DNA of 64,000 nt from contig DAHUXD010000054.1 of the NCBI GenBank assembly GCA_027307335.1, positions 4,611-68,610 on the forward strand, read 5' to 3'. The notes below the pieces were generated by a model. It made no database searches. It had not been told where the DNA came from and saw nothing but the letters and a program-made list of their open reading frames with translations. A program made the translations under genes and the position numbers. The DNA comes from Acidobacteriota bacterium (GTDB lineage Bacteria; Acidobacteriota; Thermoanaerobaculia; UBA5066; Gp7-AA6). Position 1 is the first letter of the stretch; every line of letters starts with the position of its first letter. Below are positions 30,054-40,581 of the stretch, in pieces.

Positions 30054-30943
30054 ACCGGATGAAGGGTTCGCGCGCGGCGGCGCCGAAATTCCGGCGCATC
30101 GGGATCGTCGCCAAGATGGGGTCCTCGTCGGCCACGACCCTCGCCGCCGCCCTCGAGAAGGCGCTCGCGCGGCGGGGGAGGCGAGTCAGCCTCGACGCGG
30201 AGACGGCCGCGGACCTCGGCCGGGCCGACGGGGTGGCCCGGACCCGCATCGCCCTCGAGACCGATCTCGTGGTCGTCCTCGGCGGGGACGGGACCCTCCT
30301 GTCGGTCGCCCGGAGCGCGCCGCCGGACACCCCGCTCCTCGGCGTGAACCTCGGCACGCTCGGGTTCCTGTCGGGCCTCGCGCGCCGCGAGGTCCTCGCG
30401 CGGCTCGACGACGTGCTCGGCGGCCGTTTCCGGGAGGACCGGCGGCGCCGCATGGACGTGACGATCACGCGGGGGCCGCACCACGGGACATACCGTGTGC
30501 TCAATGACGCGGTGCTCAACCGCGAGGCGCTCGCGCGCATCTCGACCTTCACGGTGGCGCTCGACGGCCGGCCGGTCGCCGAGTTCCGCGCGGACGGGGT
30601 GATCGTCTCGACCCCGACGGGCTCGACCGCCTACAACCTGTCGGCCGGGGGTCCGATCCTGCACCCGGCCCTGCCCGCGATCGTCATCACCCCGATCTGC
30701 CCGCACTCGCTCGGCCAGCGGCCGCTCGTCGTCTCCGACACCACGCAGATCCGGCTGACGGTGCTCGGCCCCGAGCGGCGGGACGGCGGCGTGTACCTGA
30801 CCCTCGACGGCCAGGAGGGTTTCCCCGTGCTCGCGGGGAGCCCGACGGACATCAAGTCGAGTGCCGCCTCCGTCACGCTGCTGCGGCCCGCGGAGCTCGA
30901 CCACTTCGATCAGCTCGCGGGCAAGCTTTCCTGGGGCGTCTGA
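30050..30943 (+). CDS. nadK: NAD kinase
   Basis: GGDGTLL motif; VSTPTGSTAYNLSAGGP. Confidence 0.9.
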   Translation: MNRMKGSRAAAPKFRRIGIVAKMGSSSATTLAAALEKALARRGRRVSLDAETAADLGRADGVARTRIALETDLVVVLGGDGTLLSVARSAPPDTPLLGVNLGTLGFLSGLARREVLARLDDVLGGRFREDRRRRMDVTITRGPHHGTYRVLNDAVLNREALARISTFTVALDGRPVAEFRADGVIVSTPTGSTAYNLSAGGPILHPALPAIVITPICPHSLGQRPLVVSDTTQIRLTVLGPERRDGGVYLTLDGQEGFPVLAGSPTDIKSSAASVTLLRPAELDHFDQLAGKLSWGV

Positions 30944-30955
30944 CCGCGCGGGGCC

Positions 30956-33900
30956 ATGGCGGGTGACGAGACGCGCGACGACCGCCCCGCTGAGGCGCCC
31001 CACGAGGCGCAGAGGCTCTCGACCGCCCGGCTCTTCTTAATCGTCCTCGTCTTCCTCGCCCTCTCCGCCTACGCGATCTGGAACTCCGACCGTTTCCAGG
31101 CGCTCTTCCAGGGCGTCTCGGAGGAGAAGCTGTCGGCGCTCCTGCAGCGGCCGGTCGCCTTCCGCCGCGTCGATTTCCAGATCTTCCCGCCGTCGATTCA
31201 CCTCGCCGATGTCCGCGTCGGCAACGACCCGCGGATTCCGGACCGCGCGATGCTCGAGGCGGAGGAGCTCACGATCGGCGGCGGCGTATCGGTCACCGGC
31301 GGGGAGCTCCGCTTCGGCCGCGTGCGGGCGATCAAGCCCCGCATCGAGCTCGTGCAGTTTCCCGATGGGACGTGGAACCTCCCGCCGGGGCTCTCCCGCC
31401 CGGCGGGAAAGGGCGGGGGCGGCCTCTCGGTGCGCATCGGCGAGCTCGTGGTCCAGAGCGGCGTCTTCGAGTTCGAAGGGCGCAAGACCGGCCTCGACGG
31501 CCGTTTCGAGGGCTTCGCCGCGGAGCTCGAGGCCCTGCCCGCGAACCGGTACCGCGGCACGTTCATCTGCAGACGGACGACGCTCCACTTCTCCGGCGCC
31601 GAGCCGCTCGTGTTCGGCGTGGACCTCGCGTTCCGCCTGGGCCCGCGCACGGGACTCCAGGTCGAGTCGGCGCGCGTCGACGGCGACTTCGGCGAGCTGC
31701 GCGCCTCGGGAGCGGTCGAGGACCTCAAGAATCCGGAGCTGCTGCTGCGCGTGGCGGCGGACCTGCACGTCGCGGAGGTCGAGCGCGTCTTCCACTCCGC
31801 CCTCGGGTTCGGCGGCGACGCGGCGGTCGAGGCCGAGCTGTCGCTCCCGCCGGGCGGCGAGTTCCGGATCGGCGGAAAGCTCTCGGTGCCGAAGCTCGAC
31901 GCCAAGGGCTTCCTGATCGAGAACTTCGCGGCGAGCGTCATCGCGCGTCCCGACGCGCTGATCGGCCGGATCGAGCGGGGCCGCTACGCCGGCGGCGACC
32001 TCTCCGGCGTGTACCGGATCGAGGGCCTCGCGGGCGGCGGCGGGAAGGCCTCGCCCATGACCCTCTCTCTCGACGGCAGGGGGATCTCGGTCGAGCGCTT
32101 CTTCGCCGACATCCACCTCCCCGGCACCGGGCTCTCGGGGTCCGCCGCGCTGTCGGCGACGCTGCGCTGGGCGGAAGGCGGCATCGAGCGCGCCAACGGC
32201 GCCGCGCGGCTGGCGATCGAGGCGGGTCCGCCCGCTTCGATCGTGCGCGGGCGCTTCGGCATCCCGGTCGCCGGCGGCGGCGCGATGCCCGTGGTGGACG
32301 GCCGGATCCTCTTCGAGGGCGCCGCCTTCCGGCTCGCGACGTCCACGCTCGAGCTGACCGGAGGACTCCGGATCGGCGAGTGGATGCCGGACTTCGACTT
32401 CAAGCTCCGCTCGCGGGAGCTCGTCGAGGTCGACCGGATCTTCCAGAATTTCGAGGCGGCGTCCGGATCCTCGCCCTCGCCGCTCGGCCTCGCGGGCAGC
32501 GGCGACGTCGACGGGCACGTCGCGAGGTCGTGGAGCGATCCCGACGCGTCCGCCCGCTTCACGGCGGAGAACGCGCGCTACGGGGGCGTCCTCTTCGGAA
32601 GCGTGCGCGGGGCCGCCGACATGCACGACGGCGCCTTCGTCTTCCGTCCGCTCCGCGTCTACGAGGGGAGCACGACGCTCTCGCTCGAGGGCGCGATCCG
32701 GTACCGGAAGGACCCGAACCGGCCGACGTTCGACTTCGTGATGACCGCCAAGGACTGGCCCGTGAAGCGCCTGCTCGAGTACCTCGAGCTCGACTATCCG
32801 ATCGAGGGGCGGGTGACGGGGAGCTTCCCGATCCAGGGATCGCCGCCGACCGCGGTCACGGGCGGCGGCGTCGCGGCGCTCGACGACGCGGTGTTCTGGG
32901 GCCAGAAGATCCCGCGCATGACGGGAAAGATGCTGCTGTCGCCCGGAACGTTCACGATCGACGACCTGCGCGCCGAGATCGGCGGCGGCATGGTGGGCGG
33001 CCGCATCTCGATCGCCTATCGCGACAAGGCGTTCGAGGCGCGCGCGGCGGGCGACGGCGTTCCGCTCGAGTCGATCGCGATGCTCGAGCGGTTCTCGAAG
33101 GACGTGTCGGGCAGCGTCTCGTTCGACCTCGCCGCCTCCGGCTCGTTCCGCCGGCCCGATCTGACCGCGACCGCGCGGCTCTCGCAGGCCTCCTTCTACG
33201 GGCACCCGATCCCGGAGGCCCTGTCGCCACGCCTCTCCGCGCGCGTGACGCACGGCGTCGTGGACGCGAGCGCCACCGTGCCGGGCCAGTGGACGCTCAC
33301 CGCGAAGGGCGACGCGGGCGCCACGCCGGTGGAGTTCGACGTCGGCGTCGACGCGCCCGACGTCGCGAGCCTCCTCCTCTTCACGCCGGCGGCGCTCCCG
33401 CAGGGCGACGGCGGCGCGCTCGCCGCGCACGGCCGGATCCGCCTCCCGTCGCGCGAGGGAGAGTGGCCGTCGGGGCGATTCACCGTCACCGAGGCGCGGC
33501 TCGACGCGCGGGATCACCCCAACCTGGTGCGCGTGGACGGCGACGTGCCCGTGTCGATCGCGTCGGGACGCATCGCCATCGAGCGCCTGCACGCCGTCGG
33601 CGACGGGATCGACTTTCGCGTCTCGGCGGCCGCGGACCTCTCCGGCGACAAGCCGGTGATCGAGGGACGCCTCAACGGGTCGACGGACGCGGCAATTCTG
33701 GCGCTCGTCGCGCCCGACGTCGGCCTCTCGGGCCGGATCGTGCTCGACGTCGGCGTCGCCGGGACGGCCGACGCGCCGTCATGGAGCGGCGGCGTGCGCA
33801 TCGAGAACGGGCGCTACCGCACCGCGGGGTACTCGTTCGACGACATCGAGGGCGGCGTGCGTCTCGTCGGTCAGTCGGCGGAGATCGAGGGCCTCCGCGC

Positions 33901-34927
33901 CAAGGTCGCCGACGGCGAGGCCTTCCTCTCGGGCAACCTGCGGTTCGACGGCACGCGGCTGAAGGACTTCCGTCTCGCGGCGCAGGGACGCCGCCTCGGC
34001 GTCCGCGCGGTCCCGGCGCTCCGCCTGACGCTCGACGCCGACCTCGTGGCGACCGGCAACGAGTCGGACAATCAGATCCGCGGCGAGATCACGCTTCTGC
34101 GCGGCACCTACTCGAAGGACGTCGAGATCACTCTGAACGACATCCTGGAGCGCTCGCGGCCGACCGGGGCGATTCCGGCGCGGGAAGCGTGGAAGGAACG
34201 GACGACGCTCGACGTGCGGATCGTTTCGGCGGCGGCCCTCGAGGTGCGCAACAACCTCGCTCGCCTCTCCGGGACGGTGGACCTGCGCGTGCGGGGGACG
34301 CTGGCGGATCCCGCGCTCCTCGGCCAGGTGATCCTCGACGAGGGCGGGAGCGTCGTCTTCAGCGACATCCGCTACGAGGTCGAGGCCGGCACGCTCACGT
34401 TCTCCAACGCGTCCCGCATCGCGCCCTTCGTGGACATCCGCGCGCGTGCCGAGGTCAAGGGCTACAACCTGGTCGTGATGCTCGCCGGCACGTGGCCGCG
34501 GATCGCGGCGAACTTCACGTCGGACCCGCCGCTCCCGAACGATGCCATCCTGGGACTCCTGCTCTCGGGCTCGCCGCCGGACACCCGGTTCCCGACCGAC
34601 ACCGCGAACCAGCTCGTCTCGGCGGCGGGCGGCGCGGTGGCGGGCGCGGCCACGGCGCCGCTGCGCGAGCAGACCCGGCGGCTGTTCAAGCTCGACCGCT
34701 TCCAGATCGAGCCGGTCTTCACCGGCAGCCAGATCACGACGGTGCGATCGACGATCGGCAAGCAGATCACCCCCGATCTGGCGGTCACTTCCTCGATCGC
34801 GCTCGACTCGAGCAAGGAGCCGATCATCCGCGTCGAGTGGCAGGCGACCAACGACATCTTCGTCGAGCTCCTGCGGGACGACACCGGGATCCTTTCGGTG
34901 AGCGTGCGGAGACGGCAGCGCCTGTGA
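30956..34927 (+). CDS. tamB: Translocation and assembly module protein TamB (AsmA-like, C-terminal DUF490)
   Basis: 1323 aa, N-terminal signal anchor, repetitive beta-rich body, conserved C-terminal DUF490-like segment. Confidence 0.75.
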   Translation: MAGDETRDDRPAEAPHEAQRLSTARLFLIVLVFLALSAYAIWNSDRFQALFQGVSEEKLSALLQRPVAFRRVDFQIFPPSIHLADVRVGNDPRIPDRAMLEAEELTIGGGVSVTGGELRFGRVRAIKPRIELVQFPDGTWNLPPGLSRPAGKGGGGLSVRIGELVVQSGVFEFEGRKTGLDGRFEGFAAELEALPANRYRGTFICRRTTLHFSGAEPLVFGVDLAFRLGPRTGLQVESARVDGDFGELRASGAVEDLKNPELLLRVAADLHVAEVERVFHSALGFGGDAAVEAELSLPPGGEFRIGGKLSVPKLDAKGFLIENFAASVIARPDALIGRIERGRYAGGDLSGVYRIEGLAGGGGKASPMTLSLDGRGISVERFFADIHLPGTGLSGSAALSATLRWAEGGIERANGAARLAIEAGPPASIVRGRFGIPVAGGGAMPVVDGRILFEGAAFRLATSTLELTGGLRIGEWMPDFDFKLRSRELVEVDRIFQNFEAASGSSPSPLGLAGSGDVDGHVARSWSDPDASARFTAENARYGGVLFGSVRGAADMHDGAFVFRPLRVYEGSTTLSLEGAIRYRKDPNRPTFDFVMTAKDWPVKRLLEYLELDYPIEGRVTGSFPIQGSPPTAVTGGGVAALDDAVFWGQKIPRMTGKMLLSPGTFTIDDLRAEIGGGMVGGRISIAYRDKAFEARAAGDGVPLESIAMLERFSKDVSGSVSFDLAASGSFRRPDLTATARLSQASFYGHPIPEALSPRLSARVTHGVVDASATVPGQWTLTAKGDAGATPVEFDVGVDAPDVASLLLFTPAALPQGDGGALAAHGRIRLPSREGEWPSGRFTVTEARLDARDHPNLVRVDGDVPVSIASGRIAIERLHAVGDGIDFRVSAAADLSGDKPVIEGRLNGSTDAAILALVAPDVGLSGRIVLDVGVAGTADAPSWSGGVRIENGRYRTAGYSFDDIEGGVRLVGQSAEIEGLRAKVADGEAFLSGNLRFDGTRLKDFRLAAQGRRLGVRAVPALRLTLDADLVATGNESDNQIRGEITLLRGTYSKDVEITLNDILERSRPTGAIPAREAWKERTTLDVRIVSAAALEVRNNLARLSGTVDLRVRGTLADPALLGQVILDEGGSVVFSDIRYEVEAGTLTFSNASRIAPFVDIRARAEVKGYNLVVMLAGTWPRIAANFTSDPPLPNDAILGLLLSGSPPDTRFPTDTANQLVSAAGGAVAGAATAPLREQTRRLFKLDRFQIEPVFTGSQITTVRSTIGKQITPDLAVTSSIALDSSKEPIIRVEWQATNDIFVELLRDDTGILSVSVRRRQRL

Positions 34928-37900
34928 CGCAGCGGCGCCTCGCGGGAGTCGTCCTCGGCTTCGCCCTCGCCGGCATTGTCTCCGCGGCGGAGGACGGCTC
35001 GTCCGAGCTCTTCGGGAAGCCGGTCTCCTCGATCTCGTACACGTGCGACGGACCGGCCGACACGAAGGAGATCGCCGGCCTGGTCGCGTTCCGGATCGGC
35101 CGCCCCCTCACCGAGGACGACACCGGGACGACCGTCCAGAACCTCTTTGCCACCCTCGACTACTCGAACGTGGTGGTCGAAGCGGATCCGGCCCCGAACG
35201 GCGGCGTCGACGTCGTCGTGCATCTCTGGCGCGCCTATCGAGTCGCCCTCACCTTCGAGGGGCGCGCGCACCTCTCCCATCTCGAGCTCCTCAGGGCGGT
35301 CCCCCTGCAGGAGCGCGGGCCCTTCCACGCGGGCGCCCTGGCCGAGGGCGCGAGCGCGATCGCGCGCCGGCTCGCGGCCGAGGGCTACATCCACGCGGTC
35401 GTCGAGCCGGACGTCGAGTTCGAGCCGGCGACCTTCACGGCGCACGTCGCCTACCGGATCGAGGCGGGACCGAGGGCGGTCTTCGCGGAGCCTTTCTTCG
35501 ATGGCAGCGTGGCCCCGTACGCCACGGCCACTCTCGCCGAGAAGCTGAAGGTGAGGGTGGGAAAGCCTTACCGGGAGGCGAGAGCGCGGTCGGGGGCCGA
35601 GCGGCTGCACAAGTTCCTGCTCAGGGACGGGCGGTTTCGCGCCAGCGTCGACCTGATCGCCGCCGAGCCCGTCGAGGGGGGCGCGTCGATCCGCCCCGTC
35701 TACCGGATCGACGTCGGCCCGGAGTTCCGGATCGACGCGACCGGCATCAAGGAGAAGACCGTCCGCAACGAGATCCTCGGCCTGCTGGAAGGGCAGAGTT
35801 TCGACGAGGACCTTCTCGCGCAGTGGCAGGACACGACGCGGGAGGACCTGCAGCGCAAGGGCCGCTACCGCGCCGTGGTCGAGACGAAGACCGAGGGCAC
35901 GGACCCGGTGACGCTCCACGTTTCCGTCAACGAGGGCGGGAAGTTTGCCGTCGAGCGCATCACGTTCGCGGGCAACTCGTCCGTCTCGGACAAGACGCTG
36001 CAGGAGCTCATGGTCACCCGGCCGAAGGGACTGCCGTTCGTCCAGAACGGGTACATCATCGACGACGAGCTCCAGAAGGACGTCGACGCGATTCTCGGTT
36101 ACTACCAGACCCGCGGCTGGATTGGCGCCCGCGTCGAGAAGCCCGCCGTCACCGACGCCGCGAAGCCGGGGCGGCTCGACATCGCGATCCGGATCGAGGA
36201 AGGCACGCGCACGTACCTGGCCAGCCGGAAGGTCGAGGGTGCCGAGCACCTCTCCGAGGCGGACATCGACGAGATCGTCGTTCAGAAGGTCGGCGAGCCG
36301 TTCAACCCCAGCCTCGTCCGCCAGGACGGCGCCGCTCTCACGAACCGTTACTGGAACACCGGCTGGCGGGAGGCGGTCGTGCGCGACCACTGGACCCTGT
36401 CCGCCGATCGCACGAAGGCGGACGTCGTCTTCGCGGTGGACGAGGGCATGCGGACCTTCTTCGGGAAGACGATCATCCGGGGAAACGCGTACACCGAGAT
36501 GAAGCGGATCACGCGGCAGGTCGCGTGGAAGGAGGGCGACCCCTTCTCGGAGGAGAAGATCGCGGACACGCAGAGGAACCTCGCGCGCGCCGGCGTCTTC
36601 CGGTCGATCGACGTCCGGCCGCAGCCCGCCGATCCCGAGAACCAGGAACACACGGTGGACATCAACCTCTCGGAGGCGCGGCGGATCTCGCTGCTCTACG
36701 GCGTCGGTTACCAGTACGCTCCGGGCGCCAACAACCCGAACGACCCGTTCGCGACGGCCGGAATCACCTACCGCAATCTCTTCGGCCGGATGCAGTCGCT
36801 CAACCTCGAGGCGCAATACGCCCCGTTCTCGCACCGCGGCTACGGCGTGCTGAACTTCCAGGAGCCGTACCTCTTCGACACCAACTATCCGCTGACGGTG
36901 GCGGGCTTCATCAGCCGCGAGCCGATTCAGCAGGTGGACATCGACCGCCTGGGGGCGTTCGTCGAGTCGACGCGCCAGTTCGGCTTTCTCCGGGTCGGCC
37001 TCCGCTACTCGTACCAGTACATCAGTCCCACCAACCCGAACGACATCGGGACGATTGCCCTCGAGAAGTACCCGCTGTCCGCGTTTCCGGTGCAGCAGTC
37101 CGCCATCACGCCGAGCCTCCTCTACGATCGCCGTGACGACGTGCTCGACCCGCACAAGGGCTGGTACGCGTCGATGGCGGGCGGCTACGCGTTTCCGTTC
37201 CTGTCGGCGACCGCGCAGTACGGCAAGGTATCCGGGCAGGTCGCGTCCTTCTGGAGCGTTCCCGGCGGCGTGCTCGCGGCCTCCTTCCGCGCGGGCGGCA
37301 TCTACGGCAATCTCGAATCGGTGCCGATCGCGGAAAAGTTCTTCGCCGGGGGGTCGTCGTCGGCGCGCGGCTACGACACGAATCTGGAAGGCATTCCCGC
37401 GTTGCTGGATGAGAACGGAAATATCAAGGACCGGACCGCGATCACCGTCGACTACAACACCCAGGCCACGCCGCACTCGGACCAGACGCCCGGGGCGGTG
37501 CCCTGCAAGGAGCTGTATCCCGTTCAGACGCAGCAGAACCCGGTCCTCGCGCAGTACGACTGCAGTCCCGGGCCGCGCATCGTCGGCGGGAATAGCTTTC
37601 TCGCCATGGGTCTCGAGTATCGCGTCCCGATTGCCGGCAACCTCGGACTGTCGCTCTTCTACGATCTCGCCCAGGTCTGGGCGAATCCCGGAGACATCAA
37701 CTTTCACATCGGCGGCGGCGGCACGGGATTGACGCAGTCCGTCGGCATCGGAATCCACTACATGACGCCGATCGGACCGCTGCGGTTCGAGTATGGGCGG
37801 CCGGTCGTGCTCGAGACGATCCCCTTTCAGATCACGAGAACTGACCACTGCAAGGAAACCGCACCGCCGGGCTCCGCCGACGCATGCGTGATGGCTCCGG

Positions 37901-37971
37901 GGAAGGGCATCGACACGCCGACCATCAAGCAGACCGGACGCATCTTTCTGTCGATCGGGTATCCGTTCTAG
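34924..37971 (+). CDS. bamA: Omp85-family outer-membrane protein assembly factor (BamA/TamA-like; GTG start overlapping the tamB stop)
   Basis: Signal peptide, multiple POTRA-like repeats, C-terminal 16-strand barrel ending ...SIGYPF; ORF 31372..37971 upstream of 34924 is an out-of-frame shadow over tamB. Confidence 0.8.
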   Translation: MTQRRLAGVVLGFALAGIVSAAEDGSSELFGKPVSSISYTCDGPADTKEIAGLVAFRIGRPLTEDDTGTTVQNLFATLDYSNVVVEADPAPNGGVDVVVHLWRAYRVALTFEGRAHLSHLELLRAVPLQERGPFHAGALAEGASAIARRLAAEGYIHAVVEPDVEFEPATFTAHVAYRIEAGPRAVFAEPFFDGSVAPYATATLAEKLKVRVGKPYREARARSGAERLHKFLLRDGRFRASVDLIAAEPVEGGASIRPVYRIDVGPEFRIDATGIKEKTVRNEILGLLEGQSFDEDLLAQWQDTTREDLQRKGRYRAVVETKTEGTDPVTLHVSVNEGGKFAVERITFAGNSSVSDKTLQELMVTRPKGLPFVQNGYIIDDELQKDVDAILGYYQTRGWIGARVEKPAVTDAAKPGRLDIAIRIEEGTRTYLASRKVEGAEHLSEADIDEIVVQKVGEPFNPSLVRQDGAALTNRYWNTGWREAVVRDHWTLSADRTKADVVFAVDEGMRTFFGKTIIRGNAYTEMKRITRQVAWKEGDPFSEEKIADTQRNLARAGVFRSIDVRPQPADPENQEHTVDINLSEARRISLLYGVGYQYAPGANNPNDPFATAGITYRNLFGRMQSLNLEAQYAPFSHRGYGVLNFQEPYLFDTNYPLTVAGFISREPIQQVDIDRLGAFVESTRQFGFLRVGLRYSYQYISPTNPNDIGTIALEKYPLSAFPVQQSAITPSLLYDRRDDVLDPHKGWYASMAGGYAFPFLSATAQYGKVSGQVASFWSVPGGVLAASFRAGGIYGNLESVPIAEKFFAGGSSSARGYDTNLEGIPALLDENGNIKDRTAITVDYNTQATPHSDQTPGAVPCKELYPVQTQQNPVLAQYDCSPGPRIVGGNSFLAMGLEYRVPIAGNLGLSLFYDLAQVWANPGDINFHIGGGGTGLTQSVGIGIHYMTPIGPLRFEYGRPVVLETIPFQITRTDHCKETAPPGSADACVMAPGKGIDTPTIKQTGRIFLSIGYPF

Positions 37972-38015
37972 AAGATGAGGGATGCGAGATGCGGGATCGC
38001 GCTAGAATCGAGCCG

Positions 38016-38246
38016 ATGCCTCTCTTCGAGTACCGCTGTCGCGACTGCGGGAAGCGCTTCGAGGAGTTCGTCCTCGGCGACGCGAAGCCGGAGTGTCCGT
38101 CCTGCCACGGGAAGAAGCTCGAGAAGCTCCTCTCGGTCTTCGCGGTGTCCTCGTCCGGAAGCTCGTCGTCCGTCTCGTCGGAGCCGATGGGCGGGTGCGG
38201 ATCGTGCGGCGATCCGCGCGGCCCCGGCTCCTGCGGAATGAACTAA
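38016..38246 (+). CDS. FmdB-family zinc-ribbon protein
   Basis: MPLFEYRCRDCGKRFE...CPSCHG plus C-terminal GGCGSCG; alternative start 37989. Confidence 0.75.
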   Translation: MPLFEYRCRDCGKRFEEFVLGDAKPECPSCHGKKLEKLLSVFAVSSSGSSSSVSSEPMGGCGSCGDPRGPGSCGMN

Positions 38247-38334
38247 GTCGCGGCCGCCCCGCTCTCTGTTTGAGCGGCGCTCGACGCGCCGACATGAGAG
38301 GGAGCGTCGCCCGACGCGGCATTCCCGTTCCTGG

Positions 38335-39696
38335 TCAGGGTTCGGCGACCGCCCGAACGCCGGCATCCCGGGGCAGGCGGCGCTCCTCCGCCGCGAGCAG
38401 CGCGCGGAGCGTCTCCGGGTCGTCCTGCGTCGAGGCGGAGAGCCCGGTGAACGGCGCCTCGGCGAGGGCCTCCCGCCACGGCAGGGCGGCAAGGCCGCCG
38501 CTCTGCAGCGCGCGGATCAGCTTCAGGGTCCGGAACGCGTCGAACCACGTGTGGAAGTGGCGGAGCATCGTGGCGGGTCCGTTCGACTTCCCGATCGCCT
38601 CGCGCAGCGCCGCGAATGCGCCCATCTTCTCGAGGCTCCCGACGAGGAGCTCCGCCCGGAAGAAGGGGTTCTCGGGCGGCAGCTCCTCGAGCGCCGCCTC
38701 GAGCCGCCCTCCCGAGCGGGCCACGGATTCGAGCGCGCGCAGCCACGCCGCGAGGTGCGCGAACGCCAGCGGGTGATACAGGCGGAAGCCCGCGAGCGCG
38801 CCCTTCTTTCCGAGGAGCTGCGACAGCGCCTTGCCCGTGCCGAACGGCACGCGATCGGAGATGCGGCCCTCGAGGAGAAACGGCGTTCCCGACAGCCGCG
38901 CGATGGGCCCGACCTTCGCGAGCTTGTCGAGGACGTAGAAGTCCTCCGCGGCGTTCTTGCGCGGGAAGCCGCGCACGGCGGCGTAGGCGAGCGGCCGCAC
39001 GGCGATGCAGCTGCCCATCGCCTGGTAGGCATACGGGGAACCGGCCCACGCGAGCCCGAGCACGTAGTAACGCAGCGAGATCTCGTAGAGACGCGCGGCA
39101 AGCGCGAGCTCCGGGTCGCGATCGAGACGGTGCTCGTAGAAGTAGATCGCCGCCGCGAGCCGCTCGTCGCGGAGGGCCCGCGTCTGATCGAAGAGGTCGT
39201 TCGCGAGCACGGTGTCCGCGTCGGTGTTGTGGATCCAGCCCGCCGAGAGGCGCCCGGCCGCGTGGAGGCGCAGGACGAAGTCGTTGCCGATCTTGCGCGC
39301 GAGACCCACCCCCTGGCCCTCCGGCAGGAAGCGTCCGGGCGCGGCGCGGTCGATCGCGACCACGGTGCCGTTCGGGTACCCGAGCGCGAGGACCGGCGGA
39401 TCGGCGGAGAGCTCGCGGGCCGTACGGGCGGACTCGACGAGGCGCGCGCTCGCCGCGCGGTTCGCGTCGTGGACCCTGGCCGGCGAGTCGGCCCGCGCGT
39501 TGACGACCACCACGACGAGAGTGTCTCCGGCCGCGCCGCGCGGCACCGAGCCGAGGGTGTCGAAGAGGCTCTGTCCCTCGCCGTAGGCCGGGACCACGAC
39601 GGCGTTGCCGAAGACTCCCTCGAGACGATCGGCCGCGGCGGCCTCGGGTTCGGCGTGCCGCGACAGGTATGCCGCGATCGGGTCCTTCGGGCTCAC
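38335..39696 (-). CDS. Hypothetical protein with GT-A-like (family-2-like glycosyltransferase) features
   Basis: VVVPAYGEGQS, DADTV (DxD-like); otherwise unrecognised. Confidence 0.35.
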   Translation of the reverse strand: MSPKDPIAAYLSRHAEPEAAAADRLEGVFGNAVVVPAYGEGQSLFDTLGSVPRGAAGDTLVVVVVNARADSPARVHDANRAASARLVESARTARELSADPPVLALGYPNGTVVAIDRAAPGRFLPEGQGVGLARKIGNDFVLRLHAAGRLSAGWIHNTDADTVLANDLFDQTRALRDERLAAAIYFYEHRLDRDPELALAARLYEISLRYYVLGLAWAGSPYAYQAMGSCIAVRPLAYAAVRGFPRKNAAEDFYVLDKLAKVGPIARLSGTPFLLEGRISDRVPFGTGKALSQLLGKKGALAGFRLYHPLAFAHLAAWLRALESVARSGGRLEAALEELPPENPFFRAELLVGSLEKMGAFAALREAIGKSNGPATMLRHFHTWFDAFRTLKLIRALQSGGLAALPWREALAEAPFTGLSASTQDDPETLRALLAAEERRLPRDAGVRAVAEP

Positions 39697-39721
39697 GGGG
39701 CGAGTCTATTCGCGGCGGGCG

Positions 39722-40291
39722 TCAATAGAGGGCGGACCGGAGGGGCAGCGCCTCGATCAGCCGCGCCTCCGCATCGAGCAGCTCGCCGAGGCGCCGCTGT
39801 GCCTCGGCCGCGTCGAAGTAGGCGTGCGCCAGCGACAGGTACGTCTCGTGATGGCGGACCTCCGAGCGCGCGAGCTCCCGGTAGAACTCGCGCAGTTCGC
39901 CGTCCGGCAGCGCGCCGGCGAGGAGCCCGAAGCGCTCGCAGCCGCGAGCCTCGACGATCGCCGCCGTCAGAAGCCGGTCCAGGAAGTACGGCTCGCTCCC
40001 GTCGCGGAAGCCGGCGGAGAGGCGCCGCAGGTACTCGCTCTTCGTGTCGGCGCCGAGCGTGAGGCGCCGCGCGGCGATCCAGCGGTGCACGGCGCGGAAG
40101 TGCTCGAGCTCCTCGACCGCGAGGTCGATGCAGCGGCGCACGAGATCGACCCGGTCGGGGTAATGGGCCACGAGCGCGAGCGCCGACGCGGAGGCCTTCC
40201 GCTCGTTCGCCGCGTGGTCGAGGAGGAAGGCGTCCAGGTCGGCGAGCACGGCCGCCGTCCACTCGGGCCGCGTCGAGGCGCGGAGGAGCAC
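39722..40291 (-). CDS. miaE: tRNA-(ms2io6A)-hydroxylase MiaE-like ferritin-fold di-iron protein (GTG start proposed)
   Basis: Two E...ExxH di-iron motifs (ERKAS...EELEHF; EARGCERF...EVRHHE); IVEARGCERFGLLA resembles the MiaE signature; the open frame extends upstream into the moaD-like gene, so the start is uncertain. Confidence 0.6.
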   Translation of the reverse strand: MLLRASTRPEWTAAVLADLDAFLLDHAANERKASASALALVAHYPDRVDLVRRCIDLAVEELEHFRAVHRWIAARRLTLGADTKSEYLRRLSAGFRDGSEPYFLDRLLTAAIVEARGCERFGLLAGALPDGELREFYRELARSEVRHHETYLSLAHAYFDAAEAQRRLGELLDAEARLIEALPLRSALY

Positions 40292-40299
40292 GGCGAGGC

Positions 40300-40581
40300 C
40301 TAGCCGCCGCTGACGGCGGGAAGGATCGCGATCTCGACGCCGTCGGGGACGCGCGTCTCGAGCCCCGCGGCGTCGCGGATGTTCGTGTCCGCGACGAAGA
40401 GGTTGACGTGAGGCCGCACGTCCCCCATCTCGGTCAGGACGCGCTCCGTCAGCCCGGGGTGGAGCGCCCGCAGCGCGGCGAGCGCGTCGCCCACGGTCGC
40501 GGGCGAGGCGGACAGCGCCACCGACGACACGCCTCCCGAGAACGGGCGCAGCGGTCCGGGAATCAGGAACCGGACCGCCAT
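40300..40581 (-). CDS. MoaD/ThiS-family ubiquitin-like sulfur-carrier protein (C-terminal Gly-Gly)
   Basis: 93 aa ending ...AILPAVSGG; beta-grasp size. Confidence 0.65.
   Translation of the reverse strand: MAVRFLIPGPLRPFSGGVSSVALSASPATVGDALAALRALHPGLTERVLTEMGDVRPHVNLFVADTNIRDAAGLETRVPDGVEIAILPAVSGG

Noticed and set aside
31372-37971. Apparent 2199-aa ORF
   Set aside because: The portion upstream of 34924 is an out-of-frame read-through across tamB (Arg/Gly-rich nonsense). The real Omp85 gene starts at GTG 34924 with a signal peptide.
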